The notes beneath the pieces were generated by a model. That model saw nothing but the letters and a program-made list of their open reading frames with translations. It searched no databases and was not told the origin of the DNA. A DNA stretch of 62,911 bases, the filler included, from Octopus bimaculoides (taxonomy: Eukaryota): assembly GCF_001194135.2 (NCBI RefSeq). It is 6 parts of 6 records of this genome, joined end to end, with 100 filler letters (N's around TTAATTAATTAA, not from the genome) between each part and the next. Parts side by side here need not be neighbours in the genome. Positions count along the whole stretch, not along the records: positions 1 to 14,716 come from NC_068993.1; positions 14,817 to 35,487 come from NC_068992.1; 4 more parts are not named here. One strand, 5' to 3'. A program made the translations under genes and the position numbers. How positions within the stretch are numbered: position 1 is the first letter of the stretch; the number at the start of each line of letters is the position of its first letter. Below, one piece after another: positions 12,732 through 24,540 of this stretch.

Positions 12732-12997
12732 AGTTTACGTTTTCAATCGCTAACAAGTTCACATTTACTGATGTAAGTAATTTCATCATTTACTAACAGA
12801 AGTACGGTTTCGTGTTTTCCTGTTGCTGAGGTTTTTTTTTCTGGTACCTTCGATACTGGCTCTTTGGTTCACTGAGTGACAAATTTCGATTCAACCTCAC
12901 TTTCACTTCAATCGTTACTGTTCTCAATAAAAGTTTACGTTTTCAATCGCTAACAACTTCACATTTACTGATGTAAGTAATTTCATAATTTACTAAC
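12732..12997 (+). repeat. 66-bp direct repeat, period 200 bp
   Basis: 12732-12797 versus 12932-12997, 2 mismatches. Confidence 0.95.
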
Positions 12998-12998
12998 C

Positions 12999-13047
12999 AG
13001 GGTTAGGGTTAAGGTTAGGGTTAGGGTTAGGGTTAGGGTTAGGTTAG
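12999..13047 (+). repeat. Short interstitial telomeric-type (TTAGGG)n tract, ~7.5 units
   Basis: aggg ttaggg ttaagg ttaggg x4 ttagg ttag. Confidence 0.92.
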
Positions 13048-13376
13048 TGGCTATGTGAAAGAACAGTTCTGGCACTAAGGAATGATTCTGTAGACAAGGT
13101 GAATTTAAATTTGTTAACTCAGCTTCCAGGACCTGAATGTTCATACAGATCAATTAACTCTGTCCCTGATCAAGAACAAGCAACGCATTACCCAGTGGAG
13201 TTCCTCAATTCACTTCAGCCACCAGGATTTCCACCACACATTCTGATCGGGAAAATAGGTGCTCCCATAATGCTATTAAGAAACCTTGATGCACCCAGAC
13301 CCTGCAATAGAACAAGGTTGGTTGTTAAAACAGCCATGCCCCATGTGTTGGAAGCAACAATAATTACAGGCAGCAT
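13048..13376 (+). mobile_element. Helitron Rep/helicase fragment (PIF1-type helicase, C-terminal half), ends in a gap
   Basis: WLCERTVLALRNDSVDKVN...YPVEFLNSLQPPGFPPHIL..KIGAPIMLLRNLD..RPCN.TRLVVK...VLEATIITG matches the conserved Helitron PIF1 motifs. Confidence 0.92.
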
Positions 13377-14254
13377 NNNNNNNNNNNNNNNNNNNNNNNN
13401 NNNNNNNNNNNNNNNNNNNNNNNNNNNNNNNNNNNNNNNNNNNNNNNNNNNNNNNNNNNNNNNNNNNNNNNNNNNNNNNNNNNNNNNNNNNNNNNNNNNN
13501 NNNNNNNNNNNNNNNNNNNNNNNNNNNNNNNNNNNNNNNNNNNNNNNNNNNNNNNNNNNNNNNNNNNNNNNNNNNNNNNNNNNNNNNNNNNNNNNNNNNN
13601 NNNNNNNNNNNNNNNNNNNNNNNNNNNNNNNNNNNNNNNNNNNNNNNNNNNNNNNNNNNNNNNNNNNNNNNNNNNNNNNNNNNNNNNNNNNNNNNNNNNN
13701 NNNNNNNNNNNNNNNNNNNNNNNNNNNNNNNNNNNNNNNNNNNNNNNNNNNNNNNNNNNNNNNNNNNNNNNNNNNNNNNNNNNNNNNNNNNNNNNNNNNN
13801 NNNNNNNNNNNNNNNNNNNNNNNNNNNNNNNNNNNNNNNNNNNNNNNNNNNNNNNNNNNNNNNNNNNNNNNNNNNNNNNNNNNNNNNNNNNNNNNNNNNN
13901 NNNNNNNNNNNNNNNNNNNNNNNNNNNNNNNNNNNNNNNNNNNNNNNNNNNNNNNNNNNNNNNNNNNNNNNNNNNNNNNNNNNNNNNNNNNNNNNNNNNN
14001 NNNNNNNNNNNNNNNNNNNNNNNNNNNNNNNNNNNNNNNNNNNNNNNNNNNNNNNNNNNNNNNNNNNNNNNNNNNNNNNNNNNNNNNNNNNNNNNNNNNN
14101 NNNNNNNNNNNNNNNNNNNNNNNNNNNNNNNNNNNNNNNNNNNNNNNNNNNNNNNNNNNNNNNNNNNNNNNNNNNNNNNNNNNNNNNNNNNNNNNNNNNN
14201 NNNTATATATATATGTATATATATATATATCTGTGTACGTATGTATGTATCTAT

Positions 14255-14690
14255 ATATGTGCGTCTTTGTGTCTGTGTTTGCCCTCATCACCGCTTGACA
14301 ACCGGTGTTGGTGTGTTTACGTCTCCGCAGGCTAGTGGTTCGGCAAAAGGTTCTGATGGAATAAGTACTAGGCTTAAAATATGCCTTGACTGAAACAAGA
14401 AAAAGAATAAAGCATACAAGAGTATATATGTGTGTGTGTATGTGCTTGTGTGTGTGTGTGTGTATGTGCATGTGTGTGTGTATGTCTTTGTGTCGGTGTT
14501 TGTCCTCATTACCACTTGACAACGGTGTTGGTGCGTTTACGTTCCAGTAATTAGCGGTTCGGCAAAAGACCCGATAGAATAAGTACTAGTCTTAAAAGAA
14601 TAGTAAGTCCTGGGGTCGATTTGTTCAGCTAAAACCCTTCAAGGCAGTATCCCTGTATGGCTGTATTTACATGACTGAAACAATTGAAAG
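14255..14690 (+). mobile_element. Two tandem 3' halves of SINE family D (14255-14412, 14480-14690)
   Basis: Both contain gtgtttacgt...ggttcggcaaaag...gaataagtacta...gactgaaacaa. Confidence 0.85.
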
Positions 14691-14760
14691 ATAATATATA
14701 TATATATATATATATANNNNNNNNNNNNNNNNNNNNNNNNNNNNNNNNNNNNNNNNNNNN

Positions 14761-14772
14761 TTAATTAATTAA
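14761..14772. other. Assembly linker N44-TTAATTAATTAA-N44 (also at 35532-35543, 40010-40021, 42889-42900, 52042-52053)
   Basis: An identical 12-mer is centred in exactly 100-bp spacers five times. Confidence 0.97.
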
Positions 14773-14816
14773 NNNNNNNNNNNNNNNNNNNNNNNNNNNN
14801 NNNNNNNNNNNNNNNN

Positions 14817-14954
<138 letters not shown>

Positions 14955-14966
14955 TCTGACGATACA

Positions 14967-15168
14967 TCTTTCTTCTGTAGGCACAAGGTCTGAAGTTTAA
15001 GGGAAAAGGTCTCGTCGATTATGGCGAGCCTAGTGCTCAACTGGTTCTTATTTCATCGTGCTCCGAAAGAGATGAAAAGGCAAAGTTGACCTGAGCGGTA
15101 TAAAACTGAAAGAAATGCTGCTAGTTATTTTGTCAGGCATTGTTACGATTCTGTTAGCTCGCTGCCTT
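14967..15168 (-). mobile_element. tRNA-derived SINE, family A (diverged)
   Basis: gtaggcacaagg...gtcgatt...gatgaaaaggcaaagttgacc...gctcgctgcctt. Confidence 0.8.
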
Positions 15169-15344
15169 AAATAAACAAGAATAAGAATCTTTTCTGCTAA
15201 AGGAACCGCATCGTGTTTCCCTGAGAGCAGGCCTTTCTTTTCCAGGCCTTGTTGGTACTTATTGATCAAGTAGAAACTGCAGTCAAATCTTCCTCAAATT
15301 ACGTCCTAACATTCTCAAAGAAGGAAATGTACATTGGAAAATGT

Positions 15345-15705
15345 TTGTTGTTGGCACTCCGTCGCTTACGACGTCGAGGGTTCCAGCTGATCCGATCAAC
15401 GGAACAGCCTGCTCGTGAAATTAACGTGCACGTGGCTGAGCACTCCACAGACACGTGTACCCTTAACGTAGTTCTCGGAGATATTCAGCGTGACACAGTG
15501 TGACAAGGCTGACCCTTTGAATTACAGGCACAACAGAAAGAGGAAGTAAGAGTAAGAGAAAGTTGTGGTGAAAGGGTACAGCAGAGTTCACCACCATCCC
15601 CTGCCGGAGCCTCGTGGAGCTTTAGGTGTTTTCGCTCAATAAACACTCACATCGCCCGGTCTGGTAATCGAAACCGCGATCCTATGACCGCGAGTCCGCT
15701 GCCCT
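15345..15705 (-). mobile_element. tRNA-derived SINE, family B (head lost in gap)
   Basis: Near-identical reverse complement of 33010-33390. Confidence 0.9.
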
Positions 15706-16924
15706 NNNNNNNNNNNNNNNNNNNNNNNNNNNNNNNNNNNNNNNNNNNNNNNNNNNNNNNNNNNNNNNNNNNNNNNNNNNNNNNNNNNNNNNNNNNNNNN
15801 NNNNNNNNNNNNNNNNNNNNNNNNNNNNNNNNNNNNNNNNNNNNNNNNNNNNNNNNNNNNNNNNNNNNNNNNNNNNNNNNNNNNNNNNNNNNNNNNNNNN
15901 NNNNNNNNNNNNNNNNNNNNNNNNNNNNNNNNNNNNNNNNNNNNNNNNNNNNNNNNNNNNNNNNNNNNNNNNNNNNNNNNNNNNNNNNNNNNNNNNNNNN
16001 NNNNNNNNNNCCTAGATACGCTATGGATGGATAAAAGACGAGATCGATCTATTAATATAATCAAAGCGTGTAACACCTTTGATGAGATCTTCTCGAACAG
16101 AATAGACCTTGGGTTAAATAACCGCAACTTGCATGCTGAAACAAAAGTACATTTCAAAGAATTATTTTGAATGGAGGAGAAAAAAAAAAACATGGTGGGG
16201 AAGCAAAAATTGAAAAAAAAAAAAAAATTACAAGAGAACAAAAACAAAAACAACAAAACAAACAGCAAAGCACAAGAACCTCCCACCACCAACAAACACA
16301 AGTGTTAAACGTTAAAGAAATGTCTTTATAATGTGTTATTATCTTCTAAATATTTTGTCTCGAAGATGTTTTATTGAATAGATCTGATTTGGTTTTACTA
16401 AACCAATACAAGGACATTCACATGACACATGAAAAAGACCCCCAGCTGTGCTATCTATCAAAACGATGATTGAATTAGCATTCAAAGAGTACTTGTTACG
16501 GAAAAACAAAATACAAAAGACAATGTCTGTAGATAAAACCAGTTTACCATCAATTTACACACGTCCATTGTATTTATCTAAAATGTTTAGAATTTCTCTG
16601 ACAGACGTATTCTTTTCGGGCATTGCTGTATATCTCCGAGATTTATGCAAATTGTCTGCTGCTTTGCTACTTAATAAATTTACTTTCTTGTGAAGAAAGA
16701 CACACATTCACATATTTTATATCGAATCTACGCAGTTGTCAAAGTTGGTTGAATGTTGACTTAGTAGCATAAAGATTATCAGTTCGTATCTCACCATCAA
16801 CGCCGTACCACATGCATATAATTCAAGACACTTATGAAGGAGGCTAGATATAGCGATTCGTTATTATATAACAGGACATATTGGATAATGTTACTTCGCT
16901 TATTTCACTTCAGCCTTTTGCCCT

Positions 16925-17150
16925 TTATGGAGCATAGGCTATCGACGAATTTATCTCCACTGTTTTCAACTCTGGGCTATTTTCTGTTTCTCTACAGTTC
17001 GATCCCTGCTTTTCCATCTCTCTGTCAGTATTCCATCCCCAGCTATACTTAGGGCGTCCTCTCTTCCACCTCTCTTGTAGATTGCAGGTCAAAGCCTGAT
17101 GTGAAATGCAATGCAGGATATCCTTCCAGGTTTTGCTGCACTGCATCATG
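16925..17150 (-). mobile_element. 3' fragment of an RTE-clade LINE ORF
   Basis: CISHQALTCNLQERWKRGRPKYSW..NTDREM matches the RTE C-terminal motif [24 protein letters not shown]. Confidence 0.75.
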
Positions 17151-17773
17151 TTTTCCTAAGGGAAGGCCTTACTCTACCAAGTAGAATAGAGGACCCCACT
17201 GACAATTCTCTAATTGGGCTCCGCACTTCCTAGCGCCGGCCCTGGCTATAATGTCTTTTGTCTGATGCTCTTACAATTTCGCCAATATACAAACTACATT
17301 TTCTGTATGAGCTATTTATGACAAAATAAGTTGAGCAACGGGAAAAATATTTATGCGGCATATAGCTACGTCTCTTTTCACAATCTGAGCTAAAATTCCC
17401 CTATGGTTATATTTGAGTTTCGTTCTTTCGGAGCTCGATATAAAAAAATATGAGTGGAGTCCGAGGGAACGGTACAAGAGACTTTAACTTCAGGCCACCA
17501 GTCGATATTTTGGTCGTATGCTACGGTTAAACGTCAGCGATGTCGTATAACATTACTAGGTGACAAAGAAAGCGTTCATTATTGTTTAGTTATGGGATGA
17601 CGAAGCTATAGTTATTTTCGCTTGATTTCTTAACGAGGCCGTTACCGATTGCAGGTCCGACGAAGAGAAGGGAATAAGCTTTCTTTCAACATCAGATTTA
17701 ATCTAGTATTAAGAGAATGAACATATGGAGAAAGAGAAAGAGATAGAGAGAGAGAGATAGAGAGAGGGAGATG

Positions 17774-17809
<36 letters not shown>

Positions 17810-17959
17810 GAGGTTGGAGAACTAAGCAATGAAGCTGTCTTTGGAAGAGAGCGTGCTAATCAAATACAGGATTTACATTGAACAATAAGTAATAATGAAT
17901 TAGAAAAGCGAATAATATATATATATAAATATATATATGTAGCATATAAGGAAACACAA

Positions 17960-19030
17960 ATAGCAAATGGTGTTCCACAGGGCGCTGTCTTAGGGCCGCT
18001 GCTATTTATAGTGGCCTTCTCAGATAGCCACCCTTGCTAGCTATGCAGATGACACAAAAGTCTCTCAGACGATACAACATCCTGGAAATATTGCACATCT
18101 CCAACGGGAAATGGATGCAAAATACAGGTGGGATGAGGGCAACAACATGCAGCTTAATACAGATAAATTCCAAGCCCTGCACTACCAGCACACAAAGCTA
18201 AACGACATGCAGACAGGATACACTGGCCCGGGAGGAATCATTGCAGTCCCTGAATCAAAATCAGTGCGTGACCTGGGTATCGACATGAGCAATGATGCAT
18301 CTTTTCAAGTGCATATTACCAATTTGGTAATAAAATGCAGACGGATAGCTGGATGAAGAAAATAAAAAGAGGAAAAATGGAAAAAGAGAAAAAGGTGACA
18401 TTGATGGTTCTTTGGAGAACACACGTGCTTAGCTACTTGGACTTCTGCTCCCAACTATGATCACTACACAGTATAAAATTCACAGCGGAACTCGAAGCAA
18501 TCCAACGAAGTTACACAAAGAAAATCGTCTCAATGCAACGTATCAGCAATAGGGAAAGAGTGAAGGAATTAAAAATCTTCTCCCTAGAACGAAGACGGGA
18601 ATGATATGCAGTGATATACATCTGGAAAATCCCGGAAGGCCTTGTACCAAACTTTGGCATTGAAAATTACTCAAACAGCATAAGGGGGGGGGTGCCACTG
18701 CATAGTGCCAAAGATCCCAGCATCGCCGCCAAAATACGGGACCAGATACTGCAATAGCTTGGGTTTCAAGGGCCTACAGCTCTTCAATATCCATACCAAA
18801 ATGCCTGAGAGACCTGCATGGTGTGGATGTAAGTGTTTTAAAACAAAACTGGATCCCTTCCTGTCAAGAGTTCCAGATGATCCTACCTCACGACAGGAAG
18901 CACAGACGCGGACAGCGGCATGGAGCACACTCTCTGACCAAATGCCACATATCAGAGGGGGTTTGAAATAACGGTGTAGCACAGTCAACGGTGGTGCCCC
19001 AGCATGACAACAGCTTTGAAAATGAAAATG
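17960..19030 (+). mobile_element. 5'-truncated, decayed CR1/jockey-group LINE (RT C-terminal half), followed by (AC)n
   Basis: GVPQGAVLGPLLF, SYADDTK, NNMQLNTDKF, VRDLGI, LDFCSQLW, LEAIQR, SLERRR, SLGFKGLQLFN across frameshifts and stops. Confidence 0.92.
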
Positions 19031-19341
19031 TTTTAAAGGATTAAAGAATTACACACACACACATACACACACACACACACACACGCACACACACACTCAC
19101 TCACACACACACGCACACACATGCGTAGTTATGTGGTGATGCTTCAACAAGAAGAAAAGCACTCGATTAGCTAAGAGAGTAAAGGACGTCACAATTCTTG
19201 AGCATACAGCTATTCAGAGTTTCCTGGTCGAAATAATAATTTATTCCACCATTTATCAAGCTGGAAACAAGACCGTTTCTCAGTTGTCTTTTTCGAGCTT
19301 GATAAATTATTATTTCGACTAGAAAACCCTGAGTAGCTGTA

Positions 19342-19903
19342 CAAGGTCTGATCAATAAGTATCCGGACTGTTGACATAGTAACGAGGCTAAAGCACGCAG
19401 AGTAAAGCTGCTTGGCACAGAGTGACCTACAACTCTGCTGTGCAGGCGTAACCAAATTGCAACGTTGTAGCGCACTTCCCCTGTTCACAACGGTGCTTGG
19501 AGGGAAGGTGCGTAGCATGTCCGACAAGTTAATGTCAAAACTGCTTTCAGCTGATCAAGGGGGCGCTCGGGTTTCAGCTGCACAATATCTCATTGATTGT
19601 GTCGAGAACGATGAGAACTTTTTGCGAACTTTGCATAGGCCTCTGAGCAGGTATCACCAAGCTTTTGGTAAAATTTGATGCAGATTCTCTGCTCAACTTT
19701 CTCTATTATGGTAAATGCCACGGTCACATGCTACACACCTTCCTTCCAAGCACTGCTATAAACAGTGGAACTGAGCTAGAACGTCAAAACTTAATGCATG
19801 TGCACAGTAGCGTTTAAGGTCAATTTGTGTCAAGCAGCTTCTGTCTGCGTGCTTTAGCTTCGTTACTATGGCAACAGTCCTGATACTTACTGATCACACC
19901 ATG
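19342..19903. mobile_element. Internally deleted mariner derivative with ~180-bp inverted ends
   Basis: TA at 19340-19341 and 19904-19905. Termini caaggtctgatcaataagtatcc / (rc) catggtgtgatcagtaagtatca. Transposase remnants KLMSKLLSADQ..RV...ENDENFL (+) and EKVEQRICIKFYQKLGDT (-). Confidence 0.9.
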
Positions 19904-19937
19904 TATTTACAAAACTTCTGGGTCTTTATTTTAAGAT

Positions 19938-19969
<32 letters not shown>

Positions 19970-19974
19970 ATAAT

Positions 19975-20187
19975 AAATGAACCCTTTTAAAGCATAGCCA
20001 GGCTCATGGGCCCGGTTTCCCGGTTTCAATGGTGTATGTGTTCCCCAGCTGGACGGGACGCCAGTCCATCGCAGCTTTACTCATTTTTGCCAGCTGAGTG
20101 GACTGGAGCAACGTGAAATGAAGTGTTTTGCTCAAGAACACAACTCATCGCCCGGTCCAGGAATCGAAACTACAATCTTACGATCAT
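19975..20187 (-). mobile_element. CORE-type tRNA-derived SINE, family C
   Basis: Near-identical to 34068-34316. CORE-like cttgagcaaaacactt...ctccagtccactcagctg on minus. Confidence 0.88.
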
Positions 20188-21089
20188 NNNNNNNNNNNNN
20201 NNNNNNNNNNNNNNNNNNNNNNNNNNNNNNNNNNNNNNNNNNNNNNNNNNNNNNNNNNNNNNNNNNNNNNNNNNNNNNNNNNNNNNNNNNNNNNNNNNNN
20301 NNNNNNNNNNNNNNNNNNNNNNNNNNNNNNNNNNNNNNNNNNNNNNNNNNNNNNNNNNNNNNNNNNNNNNNNNNNNNNNNNNNNNNNNNNNNNNNNNNNN
20401 NNNNNNNNNNNNNNNNNNNNNNNNNNNNNNNNNNNNNNNNNNNNNNNNNNNNNNNNNNNNNNNNNNNNNNNNNNNNNNNNNNNNNNNNNNNNNNNNNNNN
20501 NNNNNNNNNNNNNNNNNNNNNNNNNNNNNNNNNNNNNNNNNNNNNNNNNNNNNNNNNNNNNNNNNNNNNNNNNNNNNNNNNNNNNNNNNNNNNNNNNNNN
20601 NNNNNNNNNNNNNNNNNNNNNNNNNNNNNNNNNNNNNNNNNNNNNNNNNNNNNNNNNNNNNNNNNNNNNNNNNNNNNNNNNNNNNNNNNNNNNNNNNNNN
20701 NNNNNNNNNNNNNNNNNNNNNNNNNNNNNNNNNNNNNNNNNNNNNNNNNNNNNNNNNNNNNNNNNNNNNNNNNNNNNNNNNNNNNNNNNNNNNNNNNNNN
20801 NNNNNNNNNNNNNNNNNNNNNNNNNNNNNNNNNNNNNNNNNNNNNNNNNNNNNNNNNNNNNNNNNNNNNNNNNNNNNNNNNNNNNNNNNNNNNNNNNNNN
20901 NNNNNNNNNNNNNNNNNNNNNNNNNNNNNNNNNNNNNNNNNNNNNNNNNNNNNNNNNNNNNNNNNNNNNNNNNNNNNNNNNNNNNNNNNNNNNNNNNNNN
21001 NNNNNNNNNNNNNNNNNNNNNNNNNNNNNNNNNNNTATATATATATATATATATATATATGTAGAACACACTTTTATTTTTACCCTTGA

Positions 21090-21132
<43 letters not shown>

Positions 21133-21357
21133 ATGTGTGTGTGTATATATATAAATATGCATGTATATATGTTCATGTATGTACGTATATTTATATACAT
21201 ATAAATATATATCCACATATATACACATACTCATACATCTATGTGCGTATATATGCATGCATATATATTTAATATATGTGTGTATATATGTGTGCATACA
21301 TATAGGTATATACATATATATATGTATATATAGGTATTTATATATACATATACATGC

Positions 21358-21401
<44 letters not shown>

Positions 21402-21663
21402 NNNNNNNNNNNNNNNNNTCATAGTTCACAGACGGTCTTTCTACAAACATCTGCAAGACCATTTCAACATTTCAAAAGTGATTGGTTACGCAAAAGATGA
21501 AGAAGAAAATATAAAGAGAGAAACAAACAGTCACAGAACCTTTTCACTTTTTTTTTGTTTTTGTTCTTCAGACGTATTTTATTTGCAATTCAAATTGTCT
21601 CAGAGATCTGAGACTAAAGATTTTAAGAAAAGGGTGAAACACAAAACACGCACGCTAGCCCGC

Positions 21664-21700
<37 letters not shown>

Positions 21701-21863
21701 CAGACACACAGACACGAAACAAACCAAAACACTCCTGCACACATATACCCACTTACATACATACAAACATCCACCCGTCCGTCTATTCATACATACATAC
21801 ATGCATACATACATACATACATACATACATAAATTAATACACACACACACACCCACACCCACA

Positions 21864-21898
<35 letters not shown>

Positions 21899-21907
21899 AT
21901 ATATATA

Positions 21908-23251
21908 CTAGCAGACATACCCGGCGTTGCTCGGTGTTTAAATGGCATGGTTTGTATATATGGTACAGTTAAGTTGAAACGTGTGATACAGGGAAGTGCG
22001 GCATTAACGGCAAAACATTTATGGAGGAAATGAAGGACTAGTTCGCCTAAGTGACATGCCATGCCCCTGATTGGAAGATTCCAAACCTTAACCTTGTCAC
22101 GGAAATTGGGTGGGGACATGTGATTTTTGAACCCACGAAAAAGCTCTTAGTGGATATACTCTTCTTTGCGGCTGTCGGTGATGCTGTTACCAGGCTGAAC
22201 AATCATCAGATATAGGAACTACATCTACTATATCTATGTGATAAATTAAGCCTGTGGGCGCGCTCAACAGCACCAGATGAGAGAAATCTACATGAAAGAA
22301 ACGACTTGGTAAGTATTGGGGATTGGCGGGGAGGTGCTTGAAAACAGCACTGTCATGCGATATTTCGGTTTGGAATCAATAGTCGTGGCTCAACCATGCA
22401 CTCCTTCGTGTAAACAGCGAGTGTCCATTGTTGAGGACAACTCAGTTCCCAAACGAAAACAATTCTGCATCCAGTGTCGGAAGGTCACATTGAGGACACG
22501 CTCTTTAACAAACGTGGCTGGGTCATGTGACGTAAGGTTGCTGACGTGGTTACGAGTCAATACCCGTGGCTCAACCGCGCACTCCTTCGCGTAAATAGTG
22601 TGCGACCATAGTGAGGACGATTCAGCTCTCAAACGGAAACAACTCTCCATGCAGCGTCCGGGCACAAAAAGTCAAATTAAGGACACGGTCTCTAACAAAC
22701 GTGGTTGGGTCTTAGATACCACAAATTAGTAGGTTAATGTAACGCGATATTTCGATTTGTAATCAATAGCTGAAGAATATTTGTATGAGATTCATATATG
22801 CTTAGAAGGAAGACTTTGAGGTTAGGGCATAGTTGAGTAGTTACTCAGCATTTAATATATTTTAGCATAGTTTTCATAATAAACATAATGCATTCCAAAC
22901 GGTTTTTATTCCTACAAATTGCTATCTATCGTAGTATGGGAACAGGTTATTATTGCAACCAATTAGACAACACAGTTTGAAGTCTACGTCGGTTCATTGT
23001 GCTAGATGTAAGGGAGACAATCAATTTCTGAAAGTTACTTCGCAAAGAGTTACTCCCCTTATCCACAGTAGTCCTACATACCACAGTAAAGGGGTTTTCT
23101 GATCCAAGAAGGCTCATTACTAATTATGTGAACAATTTTAAGAGTCTAAAACCATCTCTGGAAGATAAATTATGTGTGTTCCCAGTTTGGAGAAAATCAG
23201 TTGAGAACTTTAGAAGTTATGCGGGTTTACACACACACACACACACACACA
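21908..23251 (-). mobile_element. Non-autonomous Helitron with internal minisatellite; 5' end probably in the (CA)n/gap
   Basis: The minus strand ends ccgagcaacgccggg (hairpin) tatgtctg CTAG|T at 21934-21907, the canonical Helitron 3' terminus. Confidence 0.75.
22357..22770 (+). repeat. Diverged ~180-200 bp tandem repeat, ~2.2 copies, inside the Helitron
   Basis: gtggctcaacc..cactccttcg at 22386 and 22567; aacaaacgtgg twice; gcgatatttcg at 22357 and 22744. Confidence 0.85.
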
Positions 23252-23529
23252 NNNNNNNNNNNNNNNNNNNNNNNNNNNNNNNNNNNNNNNNNNNNNNNNN
23301 NNNNNNNNNNNNNNNNNNNNNNNNNNNNNNNNNNNNNNNNNNNNNNNNNNNNNNNNNNNNNNNNNNNNNNNNNNNCATACATACATACATACATACATAC
23401 ATACATACATACATACATACATACATGCGCACGTAGCCGTCTGAATTGAGCCTACGTATTCCAATGTAGTTTATCGTGAACCGACAACTGGTTCACTTCG
23501 ACGGGTATACTTTTGAAATCGAGGATATA

Positions 23530-24124
23530 TTGTAAAAGCTGTAAGACGTGAAATGGGCAGCTGCAACGGAAACTCCGAAGCCGTGACCAACAGAAAGGGA
23601 CACGGCAAGCGTTCTGACTGCATTCGCACACCGGCATGCATTCACACACTTTTCAAACAGGACTTTATCTAAATTTAGACGGCTATGTATTGCTGCTGGA
23701 GACTGGTCAAACCCTGGTTGGGGATGGTTGCTCCTGGAAGGCCATATGTGTAGCAGCAGTATTTCGCTCCTTGCCATACCTCCGGAAAGAGTCAGATGTT
23801 CTTGGAGAATTTCTACGACTTCACCAGTCCCCCATTTTCTGTCCTCTAAATTCCCCCGATCGTAATCCAGTGGATTAGTCTGTGAAGGGAGCGGTTGGGA
23901 AAGACACCAACCTCTCTGTCTGCAACGCCAAATCCGAGCAGGTAACCAGGATTAAGAAGGTGTTCGAAGATCTTTTCTGAGACAATGATGAGAAGTGTCG
24001 AGGCCGTAGTGGAAGCTGACTTTGGCTACTTTGAACAAAGTGTTATCTCCATGCCATAGTTTAAATGATATTTCCTGATGTTTGAAAATACTTTAATATT
24101 TGAAATTTATCCCGAACACCATGT
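23530..24124 (+). mobile_element. Decayed Tc1/mariner-superfamily transposase with 3' TIR remnant
   Basis: KRSDCIRTP...; KPWLGMVAPGRPYV*QQYFAPCHTSGKSQ...PLNSPDRNPVD* (degenerate WPPNSPDLNPxDY); terminal gaacaccatg|ta. Confidence 0.88.
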
Positions 24125-24322
24125 ATGCCATTATTCAGTTTTATATCAAGATTTCTTGCCAACAGAGAAAGAACCGGTTTCTAACCTAGATCCAAGGTTC
24201 CTTCATTGGAATTTCAACGACATCAACAAGGTATTTTTGTATGTATCTTTGTATATGTGCAGCGTTGTATGTTTAGCTTCATGCATGTATTCTCATGCAT
24301 GTCTTGACATGATCATATATAC

Positions 24323-24540
24323 TTAGATGATAAACTTCTGGAAAGTTTTACAGACTTTTACAGTTCCGGTGATGGCTTGGATCTGTAGTCTTCGAATCAG
24401 CTTCCTTGTTTCTAGTTTTGACAAGCCTAACGTTTCAAGATTGGTAGTTAGGCGGCGTGTTCCGTATCCCAGTGTCCCAATAATTATAGGTATAGACCTG
24501 AACTTGTAGTTTGGACAGAGTAACTGTAGATTCCTCAATA
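24323..24540 (-). mobile_element. C-terminal fragment of an RLE-type (R2-group) non-LTR retrotransposon
   Basis: RNLQLLCPNYKFRSIPIIIGTLG...IQAITGTVKVCKTF; compare IPVVIGALG in the 36139 element. Confidence 0.75.

Noticed and set aside
12999-13047. True chromosome end
   Set aside because: Only ~7.5 units with variants, with sequence on both sides
14717-14816. Recurrent TTAATTAATTAA motif (5 copies) as a biological repeat
   Set aside because: It is always centred in N44/N44 100-bp spacers, so it is a scaffolding linker
17225-17243. hAT-like terminal sequence cctagcgccggccctg
   Set aside because: No partner TIR or 8-bp TSD found
20118-21462. Long track ORFs of 150-435 aa here and at other gaps
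   Set aside because: They are mostly X from N runs plus (TA)n/(CA)n translations
22357-22770. CRISPR-like or other spacer-repeat array
   Set aside because: Long diverged tandem units without unique spacers, in a eukaryotic Helitron context
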